From Patescibacteria group bacterium (GTDB taxonomy: Bacteria > Patescibacteriota > UBA1384 > XYA2-FULL-43-10 > 1-14-0-10-43-13), in the NCBI GenBank assembly GCA_041666325.1, contig JBAYHC010000003.1:95102-159101 (forward strand): a DNA stretch of 64,000 nt, read 5' to 3'. The position numbers were made by a program, and so were the translations under genes. The notes under the pieces are model-generated. The model was given only the letters and a program-made list of their open reading frames with translations. It was not told the DNA's origin and did no database searches. The first letter of the stretch is position 1. Each line of letters opens with the position of its first letter. This document shows, piece by piece, positions 37,494 through 47,119 of this stretch.

Positions 37494-38031
37494 TCCGTTT
37501 ACTCTCCAAATACTCGTTGAGCTTGCCAAAAGCAATTTTGCGCATAGATAAAGAGTTCTTTTCCACGCGCTCCATTTCGCCGAATGTCTTGTCGTGACCC
37601 TCCGGCACAAAAATAGGTCCCCAGCCAAAATCCAAATCACCCCGCGGCTTCACAATCGTGCCGCTTAGCGTTCCTTCGAAATAGTTTATCTCACCATCCA
37701 TGTCAATGTGCCCAACCATGACCCGAGTAATAGCCTGGTTGTCGCCCAGCTTCTCTGCCATGTTGGCCAGACCGTCGTTGCCGATAGTCTTTACAAACCA
37801 TTTAATAAAGGGTCCGGGCAAACCACCAAGACAATCCAAGCAGAGGGATGTGTCCTCAACCACAAACTCACCTGAGTGGTGCTTCCTGGCCTCCTTCAGC
37901 TTTTCCTCAATAATCTTCCTCGGATCAGTCTCCTGGATTTCCGGCAAATCAAGATCAAGCTGCTCAAGATCGGGAATCATCGCTTTAGCCTCGCTAAACT
38001 TATTAGCGTTGCCGGTAATAAAATAAATCAT
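37486..38031 (-). CDS. Non-canonical purine NTP pyrophosphatase (Ham1/ITPase)
   Basis: FITGN.NK..E, EDTSL, GLPGPFIKW, FGW.PIF, EKN.LSMR. Confidence 0.92.
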   Translation of the reverse strand: MIYFITGNANKFSEAKAMIPDLEQLDLDLPEIQETDPRKIIEEKLKEARKHHSGEFVVEDTSLCLDCLGGLPGPFIKWFVKTIGNDGLANMAEKLGDNQAITRVMVGHIDMDGEINYFEGTLSGTIVKPRGDLDFGWGPIFVPEGHDKTFGEMERVEKNSLSMRKIAFGKLNEYLESKRNG

Positions 38032-38124
38032 TTTTCTCCTTGAATAATTAAGATAATCATATTGGTAACAAGTAAAACTTACAAGAACCAGAAAAGCCCG
38101 GCGGGGTTCCGCGCGGGCCATGCT

Positions 38125-39117
38125 TCACCTAAGGTGATTGAGCGGCAAGCCGTCGATCCAGCTGCCAATGAAATGGGCAAGGATAACAATTACCAAAGCG
38201 AGCGTAAGCTTCTGGCCGACCTCCTTGACCCAGGGTTTCCATGTCGCAAGAGCCAGCATGGTTTGAATCAAAGCTATGGTCAAAAATCCGACAAACAAAT
38301 TGACCACGATTGCCGACCTGAGCGGCATGAACAAGACCGGAAGCAACATGACTATAGCCATAAGAGCCTTGCCGGCAAATGTACCCAACGCATATCGCAC
38401 GGATTGACGCTTACTTGCGCCTTCGGCGATTTTGCTGAAATACATGCTGCCGCCATCGGCCAGCGAATCTGCGAAGGCGGCGGCGGCCATTGCCTTGATA
38501 ACAAACTCCTTGCCAGTGCCACCAGACGCGACGCCAATAAGCACGCCGGCAATAGTCATGACTCCGCCACAAACACCAAACATCGCTTCGCCAATCAGAC
38601 CATGCACCCTGATAACACTCTGGCGCCAGGCCGGAATCTTCAGCTCAAGCACCATATCAAGGTAGCTCTTCTTGATGGCCTGCTCCTCGGCAAAACCAAG
38701 TAAAGCCAGGATTCGAAAGAGTTCTTCCTCAGAGTCAACTTCGCTCACCTCAACAAAGCTACCCAATCGCTCGACGCAATCGATGGAGATGACAGCGCCT
38801 TGAAATCGGTACATCTGACTAGCGTTGCGTACTTGAGCCACAACACCATGCCGACGCTTCATCTGCTCTGCTTGGGCAGTAGTGATTGGCTGTTCCTCAA
38901 GAATGTCCTTGACCCGCCCCACTACACCAACATCGCTACCCTTGACTGCGTAAGTGCGACGATCACCCTCTTCACGAATGCGATGGCTGTTGCCATCATC
39001 GATTGCAAGGTAAGAGTCAACGCTAAAGGTATCAGCAAGATGAGTAGCGCCAAGGCCAAAAAGGACTTTGGGATCAATCGTACCAGAAACCTTAATCTGA
39101 TATTCCCGCCGAGGCAT
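38125..39117 (-). CDS. CYTH-domain / VIT1-CCC1 transporter fusion
   Basis: N: 'EYQIKV..DSY..RIR..KG..ID.VE.LG.FVEV..SYLD'; C: 'FGVCGGVMT..GVL.G...A.ADSLAD...MYFS'. Confidence 0.7.
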   Translation of the reverse strand: MPRREYQIKVSGTIDPKVLFGLGATHLADTFSVDSYLAIDDGNSHRIREEGDRRTYAVKGSDVGVVGRVKDILEEQPITTAQAEQMKRRHGVVAQVRNASQMYRFQGAVISIDCVERLGSFVEVSEVDSEEELFRILALLGFAEEQAIKKSYLDMVLELKIPAWRQSVIRVHGLIGEAMFGVCGGVMTIAGVLIGVASGGTGKEFVIKAMAAAAFADSLADGGSMYFSKIAEGASKRQSVRYALGTFAGKALMAIVMLLPVLFMPLRSAIVVNLFVGFLTIALIQTMLALATWKPWVKEVGQKLTLALVIVILAHFIGSWIDGLPLNHLR

Positions 39118-39393
39118 CTCGCCCTCCTCTCTGGTACAAGCCTCTGTCAGAAAAAAAGAGGCACCGCCTCCGAGATAATACAATAACATATTTTGTCTGT
39201 TTTGACTAGACCATATCTAGGGGATCTTCTTGCCAGTTACCGCTCACTTTAGTATGTAAGATTTTATAATTATCAAACACTGATTTCTCGGCCAATGATT
39301 CCTTTGCGACAATTGCGTGGTGCATGCCTGGCCCTTGTTTTAATATAAACGCTTACTTACAATATATTATATAAGAAATAATAAAGGAGACCA

Positions 39394-40023
39394 ATGAATT
39401 ATTTGCCAGAGTTTGTGACAGTTGTGCTGATCCATCTCCTAGCAGTGATGAGCCCTGGCCCTGATTTTGCCATGATCAGTCGCAACAGCCTGGTCTATTC
39501 GCGCAAAATAGGCATCTACTCAGCCCTCGGCCTAGCGCTTGGTATCATGATCCATGTTACCTACTCCCTTGTCGGTATTGGCTTCATAATTTCTCAATCA
39601 ATCATTCTTTTCTCGACCATCAAACTACTAGGCGCGGCCTATCTAATCTGGATCGGCTACAAATCTCTTAAGGCTAAACCGGTCCAGCAGAGCGCTGAAC
39701 GAAATTCTCAGAGCAAAGTCATCAGCAGAAGCAATGCTATTCGCATGGGCTTGCTTACTAATGCGCTAAACCCAAAAGTAACCCTCTTCTTCTTGGCACT
39801 ATTTACGCAGGTTATCAATCCGGCCACACCGCTCGTGCTCAGAATCGCCTATGGCCTCGAGACATCCCTGATGACATTCCTCTGGTTCTCGTTTGTTGCC
39901 ACCGTTCTTTCCCATCGTAAAATAAAAGAACGCTTCCAGGCCGTTCAACATAAAGCCGAAAAAGTCTTTGGGGCATTATTATTTGCCCTTGGTCTCAAAA
40001 TCGCCCTCTCTAAATCGCGATAG
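39394..40023 (+). CDS. LysE/RhtB family exporter
   Basis: SPGPDF, GAAYL..IG, TN.LNPK..LFF. Confidence 0.92.
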   Translation: MNYLPEFVTVVLIHLLAVMSPGPDFAMISRNSLVYSRKIGIYSALGLALGIMIHVTYSLVGIGFIISQSIILFSTIKLLGAAYLIWIGYKSLKAKPVQQSAERNSQSKVISRSNAIRMGLLTNALNPKVTLFFLALFTQVINPATPLVLRIAYGLETSLMTFLWFSFVATVLSHRKIKERFQAVQHKAEKVFGALLFALGLKIALSKSR

Positions 40024-40318
40024 ACTCACCAGATCAGTTGATATCCTAAAGATAATTCTGATAATATTGGCTCGGGAGGACAAGATGACGGTAGGAATGC
40101 GGCTTCTTATCGCTGGATTACTCTATGTTGCCATCTGCATAGCTAGTTCAAAGTCTTATCCAGGCCGGACAGAAACGCCCCTTCTCTTCTTTCCTAACAG
40201 TGCAAAGATTATTACGCACAGCCGTTGATTGTTCTCTCTTGCACGGCCGACGCAGACACTTGTCTGCGTTTTTTTGTAACAAAAAGGAGAGCAATGACAC
40301 TCTCCACAAGAAAACCAA

Positions 40319-41182
40319 TCAACCAGTGACCGGCGAAAAATCCGGCTCGAGTCCATAGTCATTCCATGCGCCCAAGACACCAAGGGCTATCTCGTCTGGA
40401 CTGTGGAAATCAGAACCAGCTGTTTCAATCAACCCCAGTTTTTGAGCCTGTGCATGAAGATTTAGGGTCAATCCCTCGCTGTGTGAAGTATAGAAAACCT
40501 CAACGCCGTCAATGCCCAGACTCTTCATATGACGCAACTCTACGCCACAATTCCAATCAAAGTTGCGGTATGTCCAGCCGGGGTGAGCCAGTATAGCCAG
40601 ACCAGATGCACCATGGATCAATTCAATCGCCTCCGACAGCGAGAGCTTTTCCCTGATCACATAAGCAGGCTTGCCCTCATTGAGATAAGCGTCAATGAAT
40701 TGACCGGTGTTCGCGATCCCCTCTCGCCGCAACCTCTCTGCGTTCTCCGACCTGCCAAGTATAGCCTTAGCAATATGAGGCTTGCCAGGAGATTGACGTC
40801 TCCGTGAGCAAATCTTCGGCGTATCTACGACAAAGCCAAGATCTTGCAAAATACCGAGAATGGTCCCAAAACGCTTAATCCTGGATTGGCGCACCTGCTC
40901 AAGTCTATCTCTCAGTGCGCTATTGTCAGGATCAATACGGTAGCCGAGGATATGGTAATCGTCCAGGCACCCCATCGTAGCCGAAATCTCGACAGCTGAG
41001 ATAACACGAATACCCATTGTCTGGCCAAGCAAAAGGGATGGCCGAACCTGCTCCAACGTGTCATGGTCAGATATGGCCAAAGTCGTGACGCCAGACTCAT
41101 GCGCCCTCGCCATCAAATCAGGAACAGACAACGCACCGTCGGAACAGTCTGAATGCGTATGAAGATCAACCGTGTGCAGCAT
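40319..41182 (-). CDS. PHP-domain phosphoesterase (TrpH/YciV-like)
   Basis: DLHTHS..SDG, DHD, HILGY, AHP, GSDFH. Confidence 0.92.
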   Translation of the reverse strand: MLHTVDLHTHSDCSDGALSVPDLMARAHESGVTTLAISDHDTLEQVRPSLLLGQTMGIRVISAVEISATMGCLDDYHILGYRIDPDNSALRDRLEQVRQSRIKRFGTILGILQDLGFVVDTPKICSRRRQSPGKPHIAKAILGRSENAERLRREGIANTGQFIDAYLNEGKPAYVIREKLSLSEAIELIHGASGLAILAHPGWTYRNFDWNCGVELRHMKSLGIDGVEVFYTSHSEGLTLNLHAQAQKLGLIETAGSDFHSPDEIALGVLGAWNDYGLEPDFSPVTG

Positions 41183-41258
41183 ACAGCTTTCCTCCCTCTC
41201 TTTGTTGCGCGGTTATTAAATTAGAGCATATTTTTGGCCTGTTATCAAGAGGGCTATC

Positions 41259-41286
41259 TTGACATCGGTCAGGAAGGGAATATAAT
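41259..41286 (+). promoter_or_regulatory. sigma70 promoter
   Basis: TTGACA-16 nt-TATAAT. Confidence 0.75.
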
Positions 41287-41314
41287 GTCTTTTCAGAGCA
41301 AGAGGAGGTACAAG

Positions 41315-41770
41315 ATGCCACGGCCATCATGGAAAGCCCTGACTGAGCTTGCATCCGAAGCGATGTTCAGCGCTCTCGAGCAGGAATATGGGATTGCCCA
41401 ACAGATCGCCGAACAAGTTGACGGTTACTGCATCGACTGGATTGATCGTTTGCCAAAAAGAAGCCCGAATGTCAATTTGGCGCTCGATGCCTTGATGAAT
41501 TTGGGCTGTTATTTCTGGCCGCAGTGGCCTGAGGGCATTCACAGAGTAGTGATGGAGTACGGCGGCATCGCAGTAGCCGCAAACTTTATCTTCAACAATA
41601 TCCCCCACTGGTCGATTAAGGGCTATCCAACCGATAAGCCAGATAAGCTTGTCTACTTGGTTGCGGAACGCACGGTCATTGCCAGCCTGGACAGCGCAAT
41701 CTTTTGGTCACAAATCCCAATGGTATCCGGCGTTCAGCTAACTAATTGGGAGATGGCCAATCTTCACTAA
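41315..41770 (+). CDS. Hypothetical protein
   Basis: GAGGAGG RBS, own promoter and terminator (41774-41801). Confidence 0.7.
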   Translation: MPRPSWKALTELASEAMFSALEQEYGIAQQIAEQVDGYCIDWIDRLPKRSPNVNLALDALMNLGCYFWPQWPEGIHRVVMEYGGIAVAANFIFNNIPHWSIKGYPTDKPDKLVYLVAERTVIASLDSAIFWSQIPMVSGVQLTNWEMANLH

Positions 41771-41802
41771 CCGACGCCCCAGTCCTTTGGGGCGCTTTTT
41801 TA

Positions 41803-42014
41803 GAGCCTGTTTAATAACTGCTCCTGAAGGCAGAAGCGAGCAGATTTCGAGCCCCACCGAGAGTCTCCAAGACTGCCATTTGGGCGGGCCCCTCTGTGGG
41901 GCGAAAAACAGGAATTGAGAGGAGAGCTAGCCAAAGCTAACTTAACGAACAATTCGTGTTTTGCAGCCGGAATATGCCGGTTATGGCTATCGGATGTAGT
42001 TATTAAACAGGCTC
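41803..42014. mobile_element. MITE, IS5-family-like (212 bp)
   Basis: Perfect 17-bp TIR GAGCCTGTTTAATAACT (41803-41819 / 41998-42014) flanked by TTA duplication; no transposase. Confidence 0.85.
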
Positions 42015-42019
42015 TTAAA

Positions 42020-42484
42020 TTAAGATTTACCAAGAGTACCAAAAAATGCCGGCGAAAGATCTTCGGCATCCGATAAATTAACGGAACATAGTTGGAACAC
42101 CTCGTCCAAGATGGCAAAAGTTGACCTGAGTGCCGCAAGAACAGTGTCAGACACATCGTACGCGATCTCTATCCGATACAGCCAGCGAGGATCCTTCCTC
42201 CAATTCCAAGTCGTAAGTCCGCGGATGTTATCAACGCTACCGTCCATCTGGCTTATTATCTCGATTAGAACATGCTCAAAAACATGAGCGACCTCAGTAT
42301 CAAGTAGCTCATCGGCAAAAGAATTACCCAAACCATTATCGCATTTATGGAATCGTAGTTCCGGCATCTTCGATAAAATCGCTTCACGAAACCCCGGCAT
42401 CTGCGAAGTTTTAATCGAATCAGGTGAAACAAGAAGAGCAATAAAAGACTTTCCTTGTTGAAAGTCGATAGCACTTATATGCAA
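42020..42484 (-). CDS. Stand-alone cyanophycin-synthetase N-domain-like protein
   Basis: 'P.L..HKC...F...L...AHVFEHV.IE' motif; AAAGGAG RBS before TTG at 42484. Confidence 0.7.
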   Translation of the reverse strand: MHISAIDFQQGKSFIALLVSPDSIKTSQMPGFREAILSKMPELRFHKCDNGLGNSFADELLDTEVAHVFEHVLIEIISQMDGSVDNIRGLTTWNWRKDPRWLYRIEIAYDVSDTVLAALRSTFAILDEVFQLCSVNLSDAEDLSPAFFGTLGKS

Positions 42485-42656
42485 ATAGACTCCTTTGTGA
42501 TCGAGGATATCACAAAGCGTTTTTTTCTTCCAAGAAGAGACAAACTGATAGATGTTGATAATTAGTACGACTAACTCTTTTTTGCTACGAATTAGGGGTC
42601 GAGCAAACGCTGAGGTCTCTGCCTGACCGAAGGTTTCGAGCATGACGGAACCAATG

Positions 42657-44954
42657 TCACTTCAAGGCAACATCAATCGCCTCATCAGCGTTTTCAATTA
42701 ACATAAAGTCAATCTTCAGCCTGGCCTCTTCTGGCACATCAACAAGATCTTTTTCATTTGCCTTCGGCATAACGACTTTTTCTACTCCGGCACGATATGA
42801 TGCTATAATTTTTTCCTTTATACCTCCTACCGGCAGAACCTTTCCTCTCAACGTTATCTCGCCTGTGAAGGCGATCTCTTTTCTAACTTTTCGCCCCGAG
42901 AGAGTCGAAGCTAGAGCAACAGCAATCGCCACTCCGGCAGAAGACCCATCTTTGGGCACCGAACCGGCCGGAACATGAATGTGCACATCAGAATCTTGAT
43001 AAAATTTTGGATCAAAAGCCAATTTCTTGCTTTGAGACCGAACATAAGTTAGGGCAGCTTTGGCAGACTCCTTCATTATATCCCCAAGCTGGCCAGTAAG
43101 TGTTAGCGCTCTCCTGCCCGGTATCACTGATGACTCTATAAATATTATCTCTCCCCCAACCGGCGTCCAAGCCAAACCAGTTGCTACACCAATCTCGTCC
43201 TTAATCTGCCTGACTGTCACCTCAAATACCTCAGGGCCCAGGTATCTGGCTAGATCTTGTACAGAGATAACTAAGGCAGTGTTGCCGCTCTCCTCTTTTT
43301 CCACAATAGACCGAGCGACCTGGCGAGCGACTTGGGAAATTTTGCGCTCAAGATCGCGGACACCTGCCTCCCGAGTATAGCGAGAAGCTATTCTTTCTAT
43401 GGCTTCATCAGTCAGCAAAAAACCGGTATTTTCCAATCCGGTATCTTTGATTACTCTCGGAAGCAGATACTTTTTAGCGATCTGAAACTTCTCCTCATTC
43501 GTATAGCCAGAAAACTCGATCAGCTCCATCCGGTCTAGCAATGGCGCCGGTATCGTATCGGCAATGTTAGCCGTTGTAATAAAAAACACATCAGAAAGAT
43601 CAAACGGAACATCGAGATAATGATCAGTAAAACTATTGTTCTGTGCGGGATCAAGCACCTCCAGAAGAGCAGAAGCAGGATCACCACGGTAGTCAGCCCC
43701 GACCTTATCAATCTCATCGAGCATAAAAACCGGGTTTTTGGTTCCAGCGCGACGTATGCCCTCGATTATGCGCCCAGGCATAGCACCGACATAAGTTCGG
43801 CGATGACCCCGTATCTCACTCTCGTCTCGTATACCGCCGAGCGACATGCGAGCAAAGCTCCTGCCCAAGGCCCGTGCTATCGATTGACCAACCGAAGTTT
43901 TGCCCGTTCCTGGAGGACCAATGAAACAGAGAATGCTACCGTGGGCATGATTTCCAGTTAGCTTCTGGACAGCCAAGTACTCCAAAATTCTCTGCTTTAC
44001 TTTGTCCAAACCGTAATGATCATGATCAAGAACTTGCTCAGCCTTGTGTATGTCAATTTTGCTTTCGCTCTTCTTGCTCCAAGGTAGATCCGAGAGTAAC
44101 TCAAGGTATGTAGAAATATACGGAGCCTCGGGACTCACTGCTGGCATCCGCCGCAACCGCTCAAGTTCCTTAAGTGCCTGATCCAGAACATCTTGTGACA
44201 TACCGGCATGTTTCAGCTTATCCTCCAATTCGGCATATTCACCCAAACCCTCGGTATCACCTAGCTCCCGTTCAATCGCCTTCAATCTCTCGCGCAAGAT
44301 AAATTCTCTCTGAGCCTTGTTGACCTCATCGCTGACTTTCTTCTGAATCGTCTCCTCTGTTTGAGCAATATTTATCTCTTTAGCCAATTTTTCATTAAGA
44401 AAATCCAATCTCTGCTGAAGGTCTAGTGTTTCAAGAAGGTGAATTTTGTCCTCAAACTCCATCTTCATCGCCGAAGAAATAATGTCACTCATCTTCTCAG
44501 GTGGCAAGCTCTGATCCTGCAACACACTCGCTGTCTCAGCCGAAAGGGTCCCCTCAATCTTCACCAAGCGGTTAAATTGGTGAAAAACGCTCCTGGCCAA
44601 AGCCTCAAGCATTGTACTCTGCGACTGTTTCTCCGGAATTAACTCTAATACCTCAGCCTTCTGGATTATTCCCTCTTTATAAAGGCGAGATATTTTTACC
44701 CGTCGTATCCCCTCAAGTGAGGCTCCCATGATCTGAGGATTGACTGCCCAATACTGGAGTATCCGGCAAATCACACCAATGTCGCTACTGCGATCGCCCC
44801 TGCTAAAATTAAGCACCACCTGGCGATCACTGTTGGCAGCGGTATTGAATGTATCGACAATATCTTGACCCTCGAGGATCATGGGGACGACCGTAGAGGG
44901 AAAAATTACTGTCCCACTCAAAGTAATGGCAGGGTAGATATTTCTATGGAGCAT
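42657..44954 (-). CDS. lon: Lon protease
   Basis: GPPGTGKTS, GHRRTYVGAMPG, LDEIDK, PKDGSSAG, GGIKEK. Confidence 0.97.
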   Translation of the reverse strand: MLHRNIYPAITLSGTVIFPSTVVPMILEGQDIVDTFNTAANSDRQVVLNFSRGDRSSDIGVICRILQYWAVNPQIMGASLEGIRRVKISRLYKEGIIQKAEVLELIPEKQSQSTMLEALARSVFHQFNRLVKIEGTLSAETASVLQDQSLPPEKMSDIISSAMKMEFEDKIHLLETLDLQQRLDFLNEKLAKEINIAQTEETIQKKVSDEVNKAQREFILRERLKAIERELGDTEGLGEYAELEDKLKHAGMSQDVLDQALKELERLRRMPAVSPEAPYISTYLELLSDLPWSKKSESKIDIHKAEQVLDHDHYGLDKVKQRILEYLAVQKLTGNHAHGSILCFIGPPGTGKTSVGQSIARALGRSFARMSLGGIRDESEIRGHRRTYVGAMPGRIIEGIRRAGTKNPVFMLDEIDKVGADYRGDPASALLEVLDPAQNNSFTDHYLDVPFDLSDVFFITTANIADTIPAPLLDRMELIEFSGYTNEEKFQIAKKYLLPRVIKDTGLENTGFLLTDEAIERIASRYTREAGVRDLERKISQVARQVARSIVEKEESGNTALVISVQDLARYLGPEVFEVTVRQIKDEIGVATGLAWTPVGGEIIFIESSVIPGRRALTLTGQLGDIMKESAKAALTYVRSQSKKLAFDPKFYQDSDVHIHVPAGSVPKDGSSAGVAIAVALASTLSGRKVRKEIAFTGEITLRGKVLPVGGIKEKIIASYRAGVEKVVMPKANEKDLVDVPEEARLKIDFMLIENADEAIDVALK

Positions 44955-45049
44955 AGTCTCCTATCTGTCGAGGGTCAGTATCTGATAAAGCGATGGTCAG
45001 GCAACCCCTGGCCTCGCATCGGGTAATTCGATTGTCTTAATGGTGCATA

Positions 45050-45187
45050 TCACTTTCTTTTATTGCGCCGCCCCTCCTGCTCTTGGCGCTTGCCTTCCTC
45101 GATCCATTGCCTCACTTTCTCTCCGCCCTTTCGGCCAGCTTCTTTTACCGACATATTTCTCTCATCGTCTCCCTTTTTTCGAACCAT
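45050..45187 (-). CDS. Small KGG-motif stress protein (45 aa, not in the ORF track)
   Basis: MVRKKGDDERNMSVKEAGRKGGEKVRQWIEEGKRQEQEGRRNKRK*. Confidence 0.7.
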   Translation of the reverse strand: MVRKKGDDERNMSVKEAGRKGGEKVRQWIEEGKRQEQEGRRNKRK

Positions 45188-45350
45188 GTTATCTCCTTCC
45201 GCTCTCGGCGCGTTTCCCGGCTTCAATCAGCTCTTTCACCCTCTGGCCGCCCTTTGCGCCGCCCTTCCGACCGATCTCTTCATAGAAATCTCGACCGTGG
45301 GTCTTACTCGTTCGCTCTCCGCCCTTTCGGCCAGCTTCTTTTACCGACAT
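45119..45350. repeat. Perfect 36-bp direct repeat shared by the two KGG genes
   Basis: CTCTCCGCCCTTTCGGCCAGCTTCTTTTACCGACAT at 45119-45154 and 45315-45350. Confidence 0.9.
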
Positions 45351-45380
45351 TTCACCAGACATATTGTTTTCTCTTTTCAT
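45189..45380 (-). CDS. KGG-motif general stress protein (GsiB/YciG-like)
   Basis: MSVKEAGRKGG...HGRDFYEEIGRKGG. Confidence 0.85.
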   Translation of the reverse strand: MKRENNMSGEMSVKEAGRKGGERTSKTHGRDFYEEIGRKGGAKGGQRVKELIEAGKRAESGRR

Positions 45381-45493
45381 CTTTCTCCTTCATTTTAACT
45401 CCCCCTACCATTGTAAATGACTTCTCATATAGGGCTAGTTTTTGTTATAAAAATTGACCACTCCCCTTCATGCGTTTATCCGTTAAGGAAATA

Positions 45494-46996
45494 TCATCTC
45501 CGAGCGAACAGAATAGCGTTTGGCATGTTTCTACCTGGCCCGAGCTTGTACTCATCATCATAAATCAATGCAGTCGTCCCTCCTCCGTCTAGAGCCATTG
45601 CATTATCAACACCAAGAGAGGTCATGATCGCAGCCATATCGACAACCGTTACATCTGACCCAACTACCGCATACAGTGTCTCGCCCCGAAGACCTAGTGC
45701 TCCCCATTTTATTTTGTGGTTCCTCTGCTTCTCGTCCAAAGCGTCAACATTCAAAATATTCTGACCGTTCTCAACCAGCGCCGGTTTAGAATTAATCCCT
45801 GCATAAATCGGAAACCCCGAAGTTTTGAAATCGGTCCACCTTGTAAAATATCGAGGGTGACCGCCAGAATCGAAAGCAAGGAAATGATCATTCTCCCCCA
45901 GGCCGTTATTCTCATTGATCATTTTACCCAAGCGCGAATTGTAAACCTTCCAGAAAAAATAATTGATACTACTTTGGCATGAATCGTAGTCGGGCGGACA
46001 AAAATATGCACCGGTCAGACCAGCAAAGGCACCGTTTTCCCGAGCGAATTCACTCAACGCTTTTGCTGAACAATTATTGGCACACTCACTATTTTCGGCA
46101 GTGTCTGTAATCACCCGGATGCTGCCGCTAGCAAGATCAAATGTCATCATGTCCACACCAAACTCGCCGCGTGAAGTCCGAAGAGTCCCAGACCCATAAG
46201 AAGAATGTTCTCGTTGTTGTGTTCGTTGCTGGGCGGGCCTGGCAGTTGGGACATTATATGAAATGTCTAAGACCTTCTCCTTCCCGGCACTAATCTCCAC
46301 CTTTCTCTGAAATAGAATACTGCCAGACGATGAACCAATGATAGCCTTGTACTCACCGCCTTTGATGTTAACTGAATAATTGCCCTCATGATCGATATTA
46401 GTGTCCGCGACTTTTTCGTCGCCATTATAAATTTCAATTTTTCCCTCAACAACCGCTTTTGAGTTTATGGCAACGTGCCCCCTGATCGTTCCTCGCTGCC
46501 TGGCTTCTTCCTCCGCTGCTTCCCTGCGCCTCTCTTCCTCCTCTCTGGCAAGCCGCTCCGCCTCCTCTTTTGCTTTGATGCGGTTAAGTAAATCCGAATC
46601 TATCAGTGCAACGACAGCATTGGCCTCCGCATACTCTCCATTAATTATATGCGTCCTGACTTGTGCTTTCTGTTGTTCGAGATCTTCTACCGCAATCCCC
46701 CTGTCCTTGCCGCGCTTTATTGCGCCTGAGATATTCGCATATCTCCGGACAGAAAGGGAAGATCGCATCTCCGAAATTGTTATCTCTTCGTTTGATGGAC
46801 CATTCTGTTCTGCTTTGATAACTTCAACAAATGCAAACGGCAGAGAGACAAGCACTAGCAAGACCAGAAATATGGAAAGCATGTACCCTGGCCTCCTCCT
46901 TAATATCCTGTATCTAACCAATCTCATCATGGCTCCAACCAACTTAGCGAATAGCAACTGATTATATCGTCTTTGGTTTTGGCTAACGGAGAACAT
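45494..46996 (-). CDS. Phosphodiester glycosidase (NAGPA-like) family surface protein
   Basis: TM, coiled coil, carboxypeptidase-regulatory-like domain, 'AMALDGGGT..L', 'R.MPNAI'. Confidence 0.8.
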   Translation of the reverse strand: MFSVSQNQRRYNQLLFAKLVGAMMRLVRYRILRRRPGYMLSIFLVLLVLVSLPFAFVEVIKAEQNGPSNEEITISEMRSSLSVRRYANISGAIKRGKDRGIAVEDLEQQKAQVRTHIINGEYAEANAVVALIDSDLLNRIKAKEEAERLAREEEERRREAAEEEARQRGTIRGHVAINSKAVVEGKIEIYNGDEKVADTNIDHEGNYSVNIKGGEYKAIIGSSSGSILFQRKVEISAGKEKVLDISYNVPTARPAQQRTQQREHSSYGSGTLRTSRGEFGVDMMTFDLASGSIRVITDTAENSECANNCSAKALSEFARENGAFAGLTGAYFCPPDYDSCQSSINYFFWKVYNSRLGKMINENNGLGENDHFLAFDSGGHPRYFTRWTDFKTSGFPIYAGINSKPALVENGQNILNVDALDEKQRNHKIKWGALGLRGETLYAVVGSDVTVVDMAAIMTSLGVDNAMALDGGGTTALIYDDEYKLGPGRNMPNAILFARR

Positions 46997-47064
46997 TTCG
47001 CCTTTAGGGGGATAGAAATATATTAAAGGCCAGAATTATCACTCTGAAAGATATTTGTTAAAAC

Positions 47065-47093
47065 AAAAAAGCCCCGGTGGTTCAGGCCGGGGC
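47065..47093 (-). terminator. Intrinsic terminator of the CAP gene
   Basis: GCCCCGG/CCGGGGC plus T6 on the minus strand. Confidence 0.75.
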
Positions 47094-47119
47094 CCAGTCT
47101 TATGACTTAGAAACATTTC

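Noticed and set aside
42586-42652. TPP-riboswitch-like GGGG..GCTGAG..CCTGA string
   Set aside because: Wrong strand for the flanking genes, the remaining conserved TPP motifs are absent, and no thiamine gene is nearby.
45119-45350. 36-bp repeats as a CRISPR array
   Set aside because: Only two copies, 160 nt apart, both coding for KGG motifs; no cas genes in the window.
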